A DNA stretch of 64,000 nt. Origin: Paragordius varius. Its lineage: Eukaryota > Animalia > Nematomorpha. The stretch spans positions 13,330,001 through 13,394,000 of the forward strand of contig OZ176052.1 in NCBI GenBank assembly GCA_964247055.1, written 5' to 3'. Position numbers and translations under genes: made by a program. This document shows positions 52,801 to 64,000 of the stretch, one piece after another (position 1 is the stretch's first letter; each line of letters starts with the position of its first letter). Below the pieces are notes generated by a model. That model made no database searches and was not told the origin of the DNA. It was given only the letters and a program-made list of their open reading frames with translations.

Positions 52801-55115
52801 ACATTCTCTTAGTAAGACTACATCAAAATATAGAGATAGTTTGACAAACTCTTTTATATCCGATTTTTACAACGATACTTTAAAAATTAATGTATAAAAC
52901 TAGTCGCATCAATACTCAAGTTAAACTTTATCCTTAAAATTGGATATTGGTCACCGGTGAACAAAATAATTTTTTATACATTCTCTTAGTAAGACTACAT
53001 CAAAATATAGAGATAGTTTGACAAACTCTTTCATATCCGATTTTTACAACGATACTTTAAAAATTATGGTATTAAACTAGTCGCATCAATACTGAAATTA
53101 AACTTTGTCCTTAAAAATCGGATATTGGTCACCGGTGAACAAAATTATTTTTTATATATTCTCTTAGCAAGACTACATCAAAATATAGAAATAGTTTGAC
53201 AAACTCTTTCATATCCGATTTTCACAACGATACTTTAAAAATTAATGTATAAAACTCGCATCAATACTCAAGTTAAACTTTGTCCTTAAAAATCGGATAT
53301 TGGTCACCGGTGAACAAAATAATTTTATACATTCTCTTAGTAAGACTACATCAAAATATAGAGATAGTTTGACAAACTCTTTCATATCCGATTTTTACAA
53401 CGATACTTTAAAAATTACTGTATTAAACTAGTCGCATCAATACTCAAGTTAAACTTTGTCCTTAAAATACGGATATTGGTCACCGGTGAACAAAATAATT
53501 TTTTATACATTCTCTTAGCAAGACTACATCAAAATATAGAGATAGTTTGACAAACTCTTTCATATCCGATTTTTACAACGATACTTTAAAAATTATGGTA
53601 TTAAACTAGTCGCATCAATACTCAAATTAAACTTTGTCCTTAAAAATCGGATATTGGTCACCGGTGAACAAAATTATTTTTTATACATTCTCTTAGTAAG
53701 ACTACATCAAAATATAGAGATAGTTTGACAAACTCTTTCATATCCGATTTTTACAACGATACTTTAAAAATTAATGTATAAAACTAGTCGCATCAATACT
53801 CAAGTTAAACTTTATCCTTAAAAATTGGATATTGGTCACCGGTGAACAAAATTATTTTTTATACATTCTCTTAGTAAGACTACATCAAAATATAGAGATA
53901 GTTTGACAAACTCTTTCATATCCGATTTTTACAAGGATACTTTATAAATTAATGTATAAAACTAGTCGTATCAATAAGTCGCATCAATACTCAAGTTAAA
54001 CTTTGTCCTTAAAAATCGGATATTGGTCACCGGTGAACAAAATAATTTTTTATACATTCTCTTAGTAAGACTACATCAAAATATAGAGATAGTTTGACAA
54101 ACTCTTTCATATCCGATTTTTGCAACGATACTTTAAAAATTATGGTATTAAACCAGTCGCATCAATACTCAAGTTAAACTTTGTCCTTAAAAATCGGATA
54201 TTGGTCACCGGTGAACAAAATTATTTTTTATACATTCTCTTAGTAAGACTACATCAAAATATAGAGATAGTTTGACAAACTCTTTTATATCCGATTTTTA
54301 CAACGATACTTTAAAAATTAATGTATAAAACTAGTCGCATCAATACTCAAGTTAAACTTTATCCTTAAAATTGGATATTGGTCACCGGTGAACAAAATAA
54401 TTTTTTATACATTCTCTTAGTAAGACTACATCAAAATATAGAGATAGTTTGACAAACTCTTTCATATCCGATTTTTACAACGATACTTTAAAAATTATGG
54501 TATTAAACTAGTCGCATCAATACTCAAATTAAACTTTGTCCTTAAAAATCGGATATTGGTCACCGGTGAACAAAATTATTTTTTATATATTCTCTTAGCA
54601 AGACTACATCAAAATATAGAAATAGTTTGACAAACTCTTTCATATCCGATTTTCACAACGATACTTTAAAAATTAATGTATAAAACTAGTCGTACCAATA
54701 AATCGCATCAATACTCAAGTTAAACTTTGTCCTTAAAAATCGGATATTGGTCACCGGTGAACAAAATTATTTTTTATACATTCTCTTAGTAGGACTACAT
54801 CAAAATATAGAGATAGTTTGGCAAACTCTTTCATATCCGATTTTTACAACGATACTTTAAAAATTAATGTATAAAACTCGCATCAATACTCAAGTTAAAC
54901 TTTGTCCTTAAAAATCGGATATTGGTCACCGGTGAACAAAATAATTTTATACATTCTCTTAGTAAGACTACATCAAAATATAGAGATAGTTTGACAAACT
55001 CTTTCATATCCGATTTTTACAACGATACTTTAAAAATTAATGTGTTAAACTAGTGGCATCAATACTCAAGTTAAACTTTGTCCTTAAAAATCGGATATTG
55101 GTCACCGGTGAACAA
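49900..55115 (+). repeat. Block repeated at a 3039-bp (17-monomer) offset
   Basis: ACTGAAATT at 50055 and 53094; CTTAAAATAC at 50422 and 53461; TGCAAC at 51083 and 54122. Confidence 0.92.
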
Positions 55116-58100
55116 AATTATTTTTTATACATTCTCTTAGTAATTACATCAAAATATAGAGATAGTTTGACAAACTCTTTCATATCCGATTTTTACAACG
55201 ATACTTTAAAAATTACTGTATTAAACTAGTCGCCTCAATACTCAAGTTAAACTTTGTCCTTAAAAATCGGATATTGGTCACCGGTGAACAAAATAATTTT
55301 TTATACATTCTCTTAGTAAGACTACATCAAAATATAGAGATAGTTTGACAAACTCTTTCATATCCGATTTTTACAACGATACTTTAAAAATTAATGTATT
55401 AAACTAGTCGCATCAATACTCAAGTTAAACTTTGTCCTTAAAAATCGGATATTGGTCACCGGTGAACAAAATTATTTTTTATACATTTTCTTAGCAAGAC
55501 TACATCAAAATATAGAGATAGTTTGACAAACTCTTTCATATCCGATTTTTACAACGATACTTTATAAATTAATGTATAAAACTAGTCGCATCAATACTCA
55601 AGTTAAACTTTGTCCTTAAAAATCGGATATTGGTCACCGGTGAACAAAATAATTTTTTATACATTCTCTTAGTAAGACTACATCAAAATATAGAGATAGT
55701 TTGACAAACTCTTTCATATCCAATTTTTACAACGATACTTTAAAAATTATGGTATTAAACTAGTCGCATCAATACTCAAATTAAACTTTGTCCTTAAAAA
55801 TCGGATATTGGTCACCGGTGAACAAAATTATTTTTTATACATTCTCTTAGTAACTACATCAAAATATAGAGATAGTTTGACAAACTCTTTCATATCCGAT
55901 TTTTACAACGATACTTTAAAAATTACTGTATTAAACTAGTCGCATCAATACTCAAGTTAAACTTTGTCCTTAAAAATCGGATATTGGTCACCGGTGAACA
56001 AAATTATTTTTTATACATTCTCGTAGACAGACTACATCAAAATATAGAGATAGTTTGACAAACTCTTTCATATCCGATTTTTACAACGATACTTTAAAAA
56101 TTAATGTATAAAACTAGTCGCATCAATACTCAAGTTAAACTTTATCCTTAAAAATTGGATATTGGTCACCGGTGAACAAAATAATTTTTTATACATTCTC
56201 TTAGTAAGACTACATCAAAATATAGAGATAGTTTGACAAACTCTTTTATATCCGATTTTTACAACGATACTTTAAAAATTAATGTATAAAACTAGTCGCA
56301 TCAATACTCAAGTTAAACTTTGTCCTTAAAAATCGGATATTGGTCACCGGTGAACAAAATAATTTTTTATACATTCTCTTAGTAAGACTACATCAAAATA
56401 TAGAGATAGTTTGACAAACTCTTTCATATCCAATTTTTACAACGATACTTTAATAATTATGGTATTAAACCAGTCGCATCAATACTCAAGTTAAACTTTG
56501 TCCTTAAAAATCGGATATTGGTCACCGGTGAACATAATTATTTTTTATACATTCTCTTAGTAAGACTACATCAAAATATATAATAGTTTGACAAACTCTT
56601 TCATATCCGATTTTTACAACGATACTTTAAAAATTAATGTATAAAACTAGTCGCATCAATACTCAAGTTAAACTTTATCCTTAAAAATTGGATATTGGTC
56701 ACCGGTGAACAAAAAAATTTTTTATACATTCTCTTAGTAAGACTACATCAAAATATAGAGATAGTTTGCCAAACTCTTTCATATCCGATTTTTACAACGA
56801 TACTTTAAAAATTAATGTATAAAACTAGTCGCATCAATACTCAAGTTAAACTTTATCCTTAAAAATTGGATATTGGTCACCGGTGAACAAAATTATTTTT
56901 TATACATTCTCTTAGTAAGACTACATCAAAATATAGAGATAGTTTGACAAACTCTTTCATATCCGATTTTTACAAGGATACTTTATAAATTAATGTATAA
57001 AACTAGTCGTATCAATAAGTCGCATCAATACTCAAGTTAAACTTTGTCCTTAAAAATCGGATATTGGTCACCGGTGAACAAAATAATTTTTTATACATTC
57101 TCTTAGTAAGACTACATCAAAATATAGAGATAGTTTGACAAACTCTTTCATATCCGATTTTTGCAACGATACTTTAAAAATTATGGTATTAAACCAGTCG
57201 CATCAATACTCAAGTTAAACTTTGTCCTTAAAAATCGGATATTGGTCACCGGTGAACAAAATTATTTTTTATACATTCTCTTAGTAAGACTACATCAAAA
57301 TATAGAGATAGTTTGACAAACTCTTTTATATCCGATTTTTACAACGATACTTTAAAAATTAATGTATAAAACTAGTCGCATCAATACTCAAGTTAAACTT
57401 TATCCTTAAAATTGGATATTGGTCACCGGTGAACAAAATAATTTTTTATACATTCTCTTAGTAAGACTACATCAAAATATAGAGATAGTTTGACAAACTC
57501 TTTCATATCCGATTTTTACAACGATACTTTAAAAATTATGGTATTAAACTAGTCGCATCAATACTCAAATTAAACTTTGTCCTTAAAAATCGGATATTGG
57601 TCACCGGTGAACAAAATTATTTTTTATATATTCTCTTAGCAAGACTACATCAAAATATAGAAATAGTTTGACAAACTCTTTCATATCCGATTTTCACAAC
57701 GATACTTTAAAAATTAATGTATAAAACTAGTCGTACCAATAAATCGCATCAATACTCAAGTTAAACTTTGTCCTTAAAAATCGGATATTGGTCACCGGTG
57801 AACAAAATTATTTTTTATACATTCTCTTAGTAGGACTACATCAAAATATAGAGATAGTTTGGCAAACTCTTTCATATCCGATTTTTACAACCATACTTTA
57901 AAAATTAATGTATAAAACTCGCATCAATACTCAAGTTAAACTTTGTCCTTAAAAATCGGATATTGGTCACCGGTGAACAAAATAATTTTATACATTCTCT
58001 TAGTAAGACTACATCAAAATATAGAGATAGTTTGACAAACTCTTTCATATCCGATTTTTACAACGATACTTTAAAAATTAATGTGTTAAACTAGTGGCAT

Positions 58101-59855
58101 CAATACTCAAGTTAAACTTTGTCCTTAAAAATCGGATATTGGTCACCGGTGAACAAAATTATTTTTTATACATTCTCTTAGTAATTACATCAAAATATAG
58201 AGATAGTTTGACAAACTCTTTCATATCCGATTTTTACAACGATGCTTTAAAAATTACTGTATTAAACTAGTCGCCTCAATACTCAAGTTAAACTTTGTCC
58301 TTAAAAATCGGATATTGGTCACCGGTGAACAAAATAATTTTTTATACATTCTCTTAGTAAGACTACATCAAAATATAGAGATAGTTTGACAAACTCTTTC
58401 ATATCCGATTTTTACAACGATACTTTAAAAATTAATGTATTAAACTAGTCGCATCAATACTCAAGTTAAACTTTGTCCTTAAAAATCGGATATTGGTCAC
58501 CGGTGAACAAAATTATTTTTTATACATTTTCTTAGCAAGACTACATCAAAATATAGAGATAGTTTGACAAACTCTTTCATATCCGATTTTTACAACGATA
58601 CTTTATAAATTAATGTATAAAACTAGTCGCATCAATACTCAAGTTAAACTTTGTCCTTAAAAATCGGATATTGGTCACCGGTGAACAAAATAATTTTTTA
58701 TACATTCTCTTAGTAAGACTACATCAAAATATAGAGATAGTTTGACAAACTCTTTCATATCCAATTTTTACAACGATACTTTAAAAATTATGGTATTAAA
58801 CTAGTCGCATCAATACTCAAATTAAACTTTGTCCTTAAAAATCGGATATTGGTCACCGGTGAACAAAATTATTTTTTATACATTCTCTTAGTAACTACAT
58901 CAAAATATAGAGATAGTTTGACAAACTCTTTCATATCCGATTTTTACAACGATACTTTAAAAATTACTGTATTAAACTAGTCGCATCAATACTCAAGTTA
59001 AACTTTGTCCTTAAAAATCGGATATTGGTCACCGGTGAACAAAATTATTTTTTATACATTCTCGTAGACAGACTACATCAAAATATAGAGATAGTTTGAC
59101 AAACTCTTTCATATCCGATTTTTACAACGATACTTTAAAAATTAATGTATAAAACTAGTCGCATCAATACTCAAGTTAAACTTTATCCTTAAAAATTGGA
59201 TATTGGTCACCGGTGAACAAAATAATTTTTTATACATTCTCTTAGTAAGACTACATCAAAATATAGAGATAGTTTGACAAACTCTTTTATATCCGATTTT
59301 TACAACGATACTTTAAAAATTAATGTATAAAACTAGTCGCATCAATACTCAAGTTAAACTTTGTCCTTAAAAATCGGATATTGGTCACCGGTGAACAAAA
59401 TAATTTTTTATACATTCTCTTAGTAAGACTACATCAAAATATAGAGATAGTTTGACAAACTCTTTCATATCCAATTTTTACAACGATACTTTAATAATTA
59501 TGGTATTAAACCAGTCGCATCAATACTCAAGTTAAACTTTGTCCTTAAAAATCGGATATTGGTCACCGGTGAACATAATTATTTTTTATACATTCTCTTA
59601 GTAAGACTACATCAAAATATATAATAGTTTGACAAACTCTTTCATATCCGATTTTTACAACGATACTTTAAAAATTAATGTATAAAACTAGTCGCATCAA
59701 TACTCAAGTTAAACTTTATCCTTAAAAATTGGATATTGGTCACCGGTGAACAAAAAAATTTTTTATACATTCTCTTAGTAAGACTACATCAAAATATAGA
59801 GATAGTTTGCCAAACTCTTTCATATCCGATTTTTACAACGATACTTTAAAAATTA
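53730..59855 (+). repeat. Tandem duplication of a 17-monomer unit (3041 bp)
   Basis: TGCAAC at 54122 and 57163; CGCCTC at 55231 and 58272; TCGTAGACAG at 56021 and 59062; TAATAATTA at 56451 and 59492. Confidence 0.94.
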
Positions 59856-62800
59856 TGGTATTAAACTAGTCGCATCAATACTCAAATTAAACTTTGTCCT
59901 TAAAAATCGGATATTGGTCACCGGTGAACAAAATTATTTTTTATATATTCTCTTAGCAAGACTACATCAAAATATAGAGATAGTTTGACAAACTCTTTCA
60001 TATCCGATTTTTACACCGATACTTTAAAAATTAATGTATAAAACTAGTCGTATCAATAAATCGCATCAATACTCAAGTTAAACTTTGTCCTTAAAAATCG
60101 GATATTGGTCACCGGTGAACAAAATTATTTTTTATACATTCTCTTAGTAGGACTACATCAAAATATAGAGATAGTTTAGCAAACTCTTTCATATCCGATT
60201 TTTACAACGATACTTTAAAAATTAATGTATAAAACTAGTCGCATCAATACTCAAGTTAAACTTTATCCTTAAAAATCGAATATTGGTCACCGGTTAACAA
60301 AATTATTTTTTATACATTCTCTTAGTAAGACTACATCAAAATATAGAGATAGTTTGAAACTCTTTCATATCCGATTTTTACAACGATACTTTAAAAATTA
60401 ATGTGTTAAACTAGTCGCATCAATACTCAAGTTAAAATTTGTCCTTAAAAATCGAATATTGGACACCGGTGAACAAAATTATTTTTTATACATTCTCTTA
60501 GTAAGACTACATCAAAATATAGAGATAGTTTGACAAACTCTTTTATATCCGATTTTTACAACGATACTTTAAAAATTAATGTATAAAACTAGTCGGATCA
60601 ATACTCAAGTTAAACTTTATCCTTAAAAATTGGATATTGGTCACCGGTGAACAAAATAATTGTTTATACATTCTCTTAGTAAGACTACATCAAAATATAG
60701 AGATAGTTTGACAAACTCTTTCATATCCGATTTTTACAACGATACTTTAAAAATTATGGTATTAAACTAGTCGCATCAATACTCAAATTAAACTTTGTCC
60801 TTAAAAATCGGATATTGGTCACCGGTGAACAAAATTATTTTTTATATATTCTCTTAGCAAGACTACATCAAAATATAGAGATAGTTTGACAAACTCTTTC
60901 ATATCCGATTTTTACAACGATACTTTAAAAATTAATGTATAAAACTAGTCGTATCAATAAATCGCATCAATTCTCAAGTTAAACTTTGTCCTTAAAAATC
61001 GGATATTGGTCACCGGTGAACAAAATTATTTTTTATACATTCTCTTAGTAGGACTACATCAAAATATAGAGATAGTTTAGCAAACTCTTTTATATCCGAT
61101 TTTTACAACGATACTTTAAAAATTAATGTGTTAAACTAGTCGCATCAATACTCAAGTTAAACTTTGTCCTTAAAAATTGGATATTGGTCACCGGTGAACA
61201 AAATTATTTTTTATACATTCTCTTAGTAAGACTACATCAAAATATAGAGATAGTTTGACAAACTCTTTCATATCCGATTTTTACAACGATACTTTAAAAA
61301 TTAATGTATTAAACTAGTCGCATCAATACTCAAGTTAAACTTTGTCCTTCAAAATCGGATATTGGTCACCGGTGAACAAAATTATTTTTTATACATTCTC
61401 TTAGCAAGACTCATCAAAATATAGAGATAGTTTGACAAACTCTTTCATATCCGATTATTACAACGATACTTTATAAATTAAAGTATAAAACTAGTCGTAT
61501 CAATAAGTCGCATCAATACTCAAGTTAAACTTTGTCCTTAAAAATCGGATATTGGTCACCGGTGAACAAAATAATTTTTTATACATTCTCTTAGTAAGAC
61601 TACATCAAAATATAGAGATAGTTTGACAAACTCTTTCATAACGGATTTTTACAACGATACTTTAAAAATTAGGGTATTAAACCAGTCGCATCAATACTCA
61701 AGTTAAACTTTGTCCTTAAAAATCGGATATTGGTCACCGGTGAACAAAATAATTTTTTATACATTCTCTTAGTAAGACTACATCAAAATATAGAGATTGT
61801 TTGACAAACTCTTTCATATCCGATTTTTACAACGATACTTAAAAAATTAATGTATAAAACTAGTCGCATCAATACTCAAGTTAAACTTTATCCTTAAAAA
61901 TTGGATATTGGTCACCGGTGAAGAAAATAATTTTTTATACATTCTCTTAGTAAGACTACATCAAAATATAGAGATAGTTTGACAAACTCTTTCATATCCG
62001 ATTTTTACAACGATACTTTAAAAATTACTGTATTAAACTAGTCGCATCAATACTCAAGTTAAACTTTGTCCTTAAAAATCGGATATTGGTCACCGGTGAA
62101 CAAAATTATTTTTTATACATTCTCTTAGACAGACTACATCAAAATATAGAGATAGTTTGACAAACTCTTTCATATCCGATTTTTACAACGATACTTAAAA
62201 AATTAATGTATAAAACTAGTCGCATCAATACTCAAGTTAAACTTTATCCTTAAAAATTGGATATTGGTCACCGGTGAAGAAAATAATTTTTATACATTCT
62301 CTTAGTAAGACTACATCAAAATATAGAGATAGTTTGACAAACTCTTTCATATCCGATTTTTACAACGATACTTTAAAAATTACTGTATTAAACTAGTCGC
62401 ATCAATACTCAAGTTAAACTTTGTCCTTAAAAATCGGATATTGGTCACCGGTGAACAAAATTATTTTTTATACATTCTCTTAGACAGACTACATCAAAAT
62501 ATAGAGATAGTTTGACAAACTCTTTCATATCCGATTTTAACAACGATACTTTAAAAATTAATGTATAAAACTAGTCGCATCAATACTCAAGTTAAACTTT
62601 ATCCTTAAAAATTGGATATTGGTCACCGGTGAACAAAATAATTTTTTATACATTCTCTTAGTAAGACTACATCAAAATATAGAGATAGTTTGACAAACTC
62701 TTTTATATCCGATTTTTACAACGATACTTTAAAAATTAATGTATAAAACTAGTCGCATCAATACTCAAGTTAAACTTTGTCCTTAAAAATCGGATATTGG

Positions 62801-64000
62801 TCACCGGTGAACAAAATAATTTTTTATACATTCTCTTAGTAAGACTACATCAAAATATAGAGATAGTTTGACAAACTCTTTCATATCCAATTTTTACAAC
62901 GATACTTTAAAAATTATGGTATTAAACCAGTCGCATCAATACTCAAGTTAAACTTTGTCCTTAAAAATCGGATATTGGTCACCGGTGAACATAATTATTT
63001 TTTATACATTCTCTTAGTAAGACTACATCAAAATATATAATAGTTTGACAAACTCTTTCATATCCGATTTTTACAACGATACTTTAAAAATTAATGTATA
63101 AAACTAGTCGCATCAATACTCAAGTTAAACTTTATCCTTAAAAATTGGATATTGGTCACCGGTGAACAAAATAATTTTTTATACATTCTCTTAGTAAGAC
63201 TACATCAAAATATAGAGATAGTTTGCCAAACTCTTTCATATCCGATTTTTACAACGATACTTTAAAAATTATGGTATTAAACTAGTCGCATCAATACTCA
63301 AATTAAACTTTGTCCTTAAAAATCGGATATTGGTCACCGGTGAACAAAATTATTTTTTATATATTCTCTTAGCAAGACTACATCAAAATATAGAGATAGT
63401 TTGACAAACTCTTTCATATCCGATTTTTACACCGATACTTTAAAAATTAATGTATAAAACTAGTCGTATCAATAAATCGCATCAATACTCAAGTTAAACT
63501 TTGTCCTTAAAAATCGGATATTGGTCACCGGTGAACAAAATTATTTTTTATACATTCTCTTAGTAGGACTACATCAAAATATAGAGATAGTTTAGCAAAC
63601 TCTTTCATATCCGATTTTTACAACGATACTTTAAAAATTAATGTATAAAACTAGTCGCATCAATACTCAAGTTAAACTTTATCCTTAAAAATCGAATATT
63701 GGTCACCGGTTAACAAAATTATTTTTTATACATTCTCTTAGTAAGACTACATCAAAATATAGAGATAGTTTGAAACTCTTTCATATCCGATTTTTACAAC
63801 GATACTTTAAAAATTAATGTGTTAAACTAGTCGCATCAATACTCAAGTTAAAATTTGTCCTTAAAAATCGAATATTGGACACCGGTGAACAAAATTATTT
63901 TTTATACATTCTCTTAGTAAGACTACATCAAAATATAGAGATAGTTTGACAAACTCTTTTATATCCGATTTTTACAACGATACTTTAAAAATTAATGTAT
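59130..64000 (+). repeat. Block repeated at a 3416-bp (19-monomer) offset, second copy truncated by the window end
   Basis: ATAATAGTTT at 59621 and 63037; ACACCGAT at 60015 and 63431; ATAGTTTAGC at 60171 and 63587. Confidence 0.92.
61790..62500 (+). repeat. 2-monomer (356 bp) tandem duplication
   Basis: GGTG-AAGAAA at 61921 and 62277; CTTAAAAAATT and TAGACAGACT variants in both. Confidence 0.88.

Larger units (their letters stand above)
1..64000. repeat. Tandem satellite DNA array, 178-bp AT-rich monomer, about 355 head-to-tail copies, one orientation, no interruption; extends beyond both window edges
   Basis: Monomer starts (TTAAACTTTG) at 1, 179 and 357 give a 178-bp period. The same motif order (GGTCACCGGTGAAC ... 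GATAGTTTGACAAAC ... CATATCCGATTTTT ... GTCGCATCAATAC) recurs to the last line. Copies differ by a few SNPs and short indels. Confidence 0.99.

Noticed and set aside
55610-55730. Compensatory mutation between the 14-bp arms (ATTGGAT in arm 1, ATCCAAT in arm 2)
   Set aside because: The two changes mirror each other but do not co-occur in the monomers I checked (CCAAT monomers keep ATCGGAT). Both are simply CpG transitions.
1-64000. CRISPR array
   Set aside because: There are no unique spacers, the entire unit repeats, and no cas genes are present.

Overview
The whole 64 kb window is one uninterrupted, head-to-tail tandem satellite array. The monomer is 178 bp and about 27.5% GC (49 G+C in my hand-read consensus), with about 355 copies, all in the same orientation. 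Consensus in window phase: TTAAACTTTGTCCTTAAAAATCGGATATTGGTCACCGGTGAACAAAATWATTTTTTATACATTCTCTTAGYAAGACTACATCAAAATATAGAGATAGTTTGACAAACTCTTTCATATCCGATTTTTACAACGATACTTTAAAAATTAATGTATWAAACTAGTCGCATCAATACTCAAG. I found no credible gene, RNA gene, transposon insertion, strand switch or CRISPR spacer. The 16 listed ORFs are repeat-derived artefacts. I do not recognise the family or the organism, but length, AT-richness and organisation resemble eukaryotic (peri)centromeric satellite. Three things stand out. (1) The monomer is packed with dyads: a perfect 14-bp inverted repeat encloses four short dyads, and several common variants sit at the unpaired dyad centres. (2) There is a small family of length variants (178 to 191, then back to 178 or 177 bp). 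(3) There is a nested history of block duplications with periods from 356 bp to about 8.5 kb, plus a recurring four-monomer order and a variant-defined domain switch near 44-48 kb. All counts and offsets were read by eye, and block edges are approximate (about +/-50 bp).
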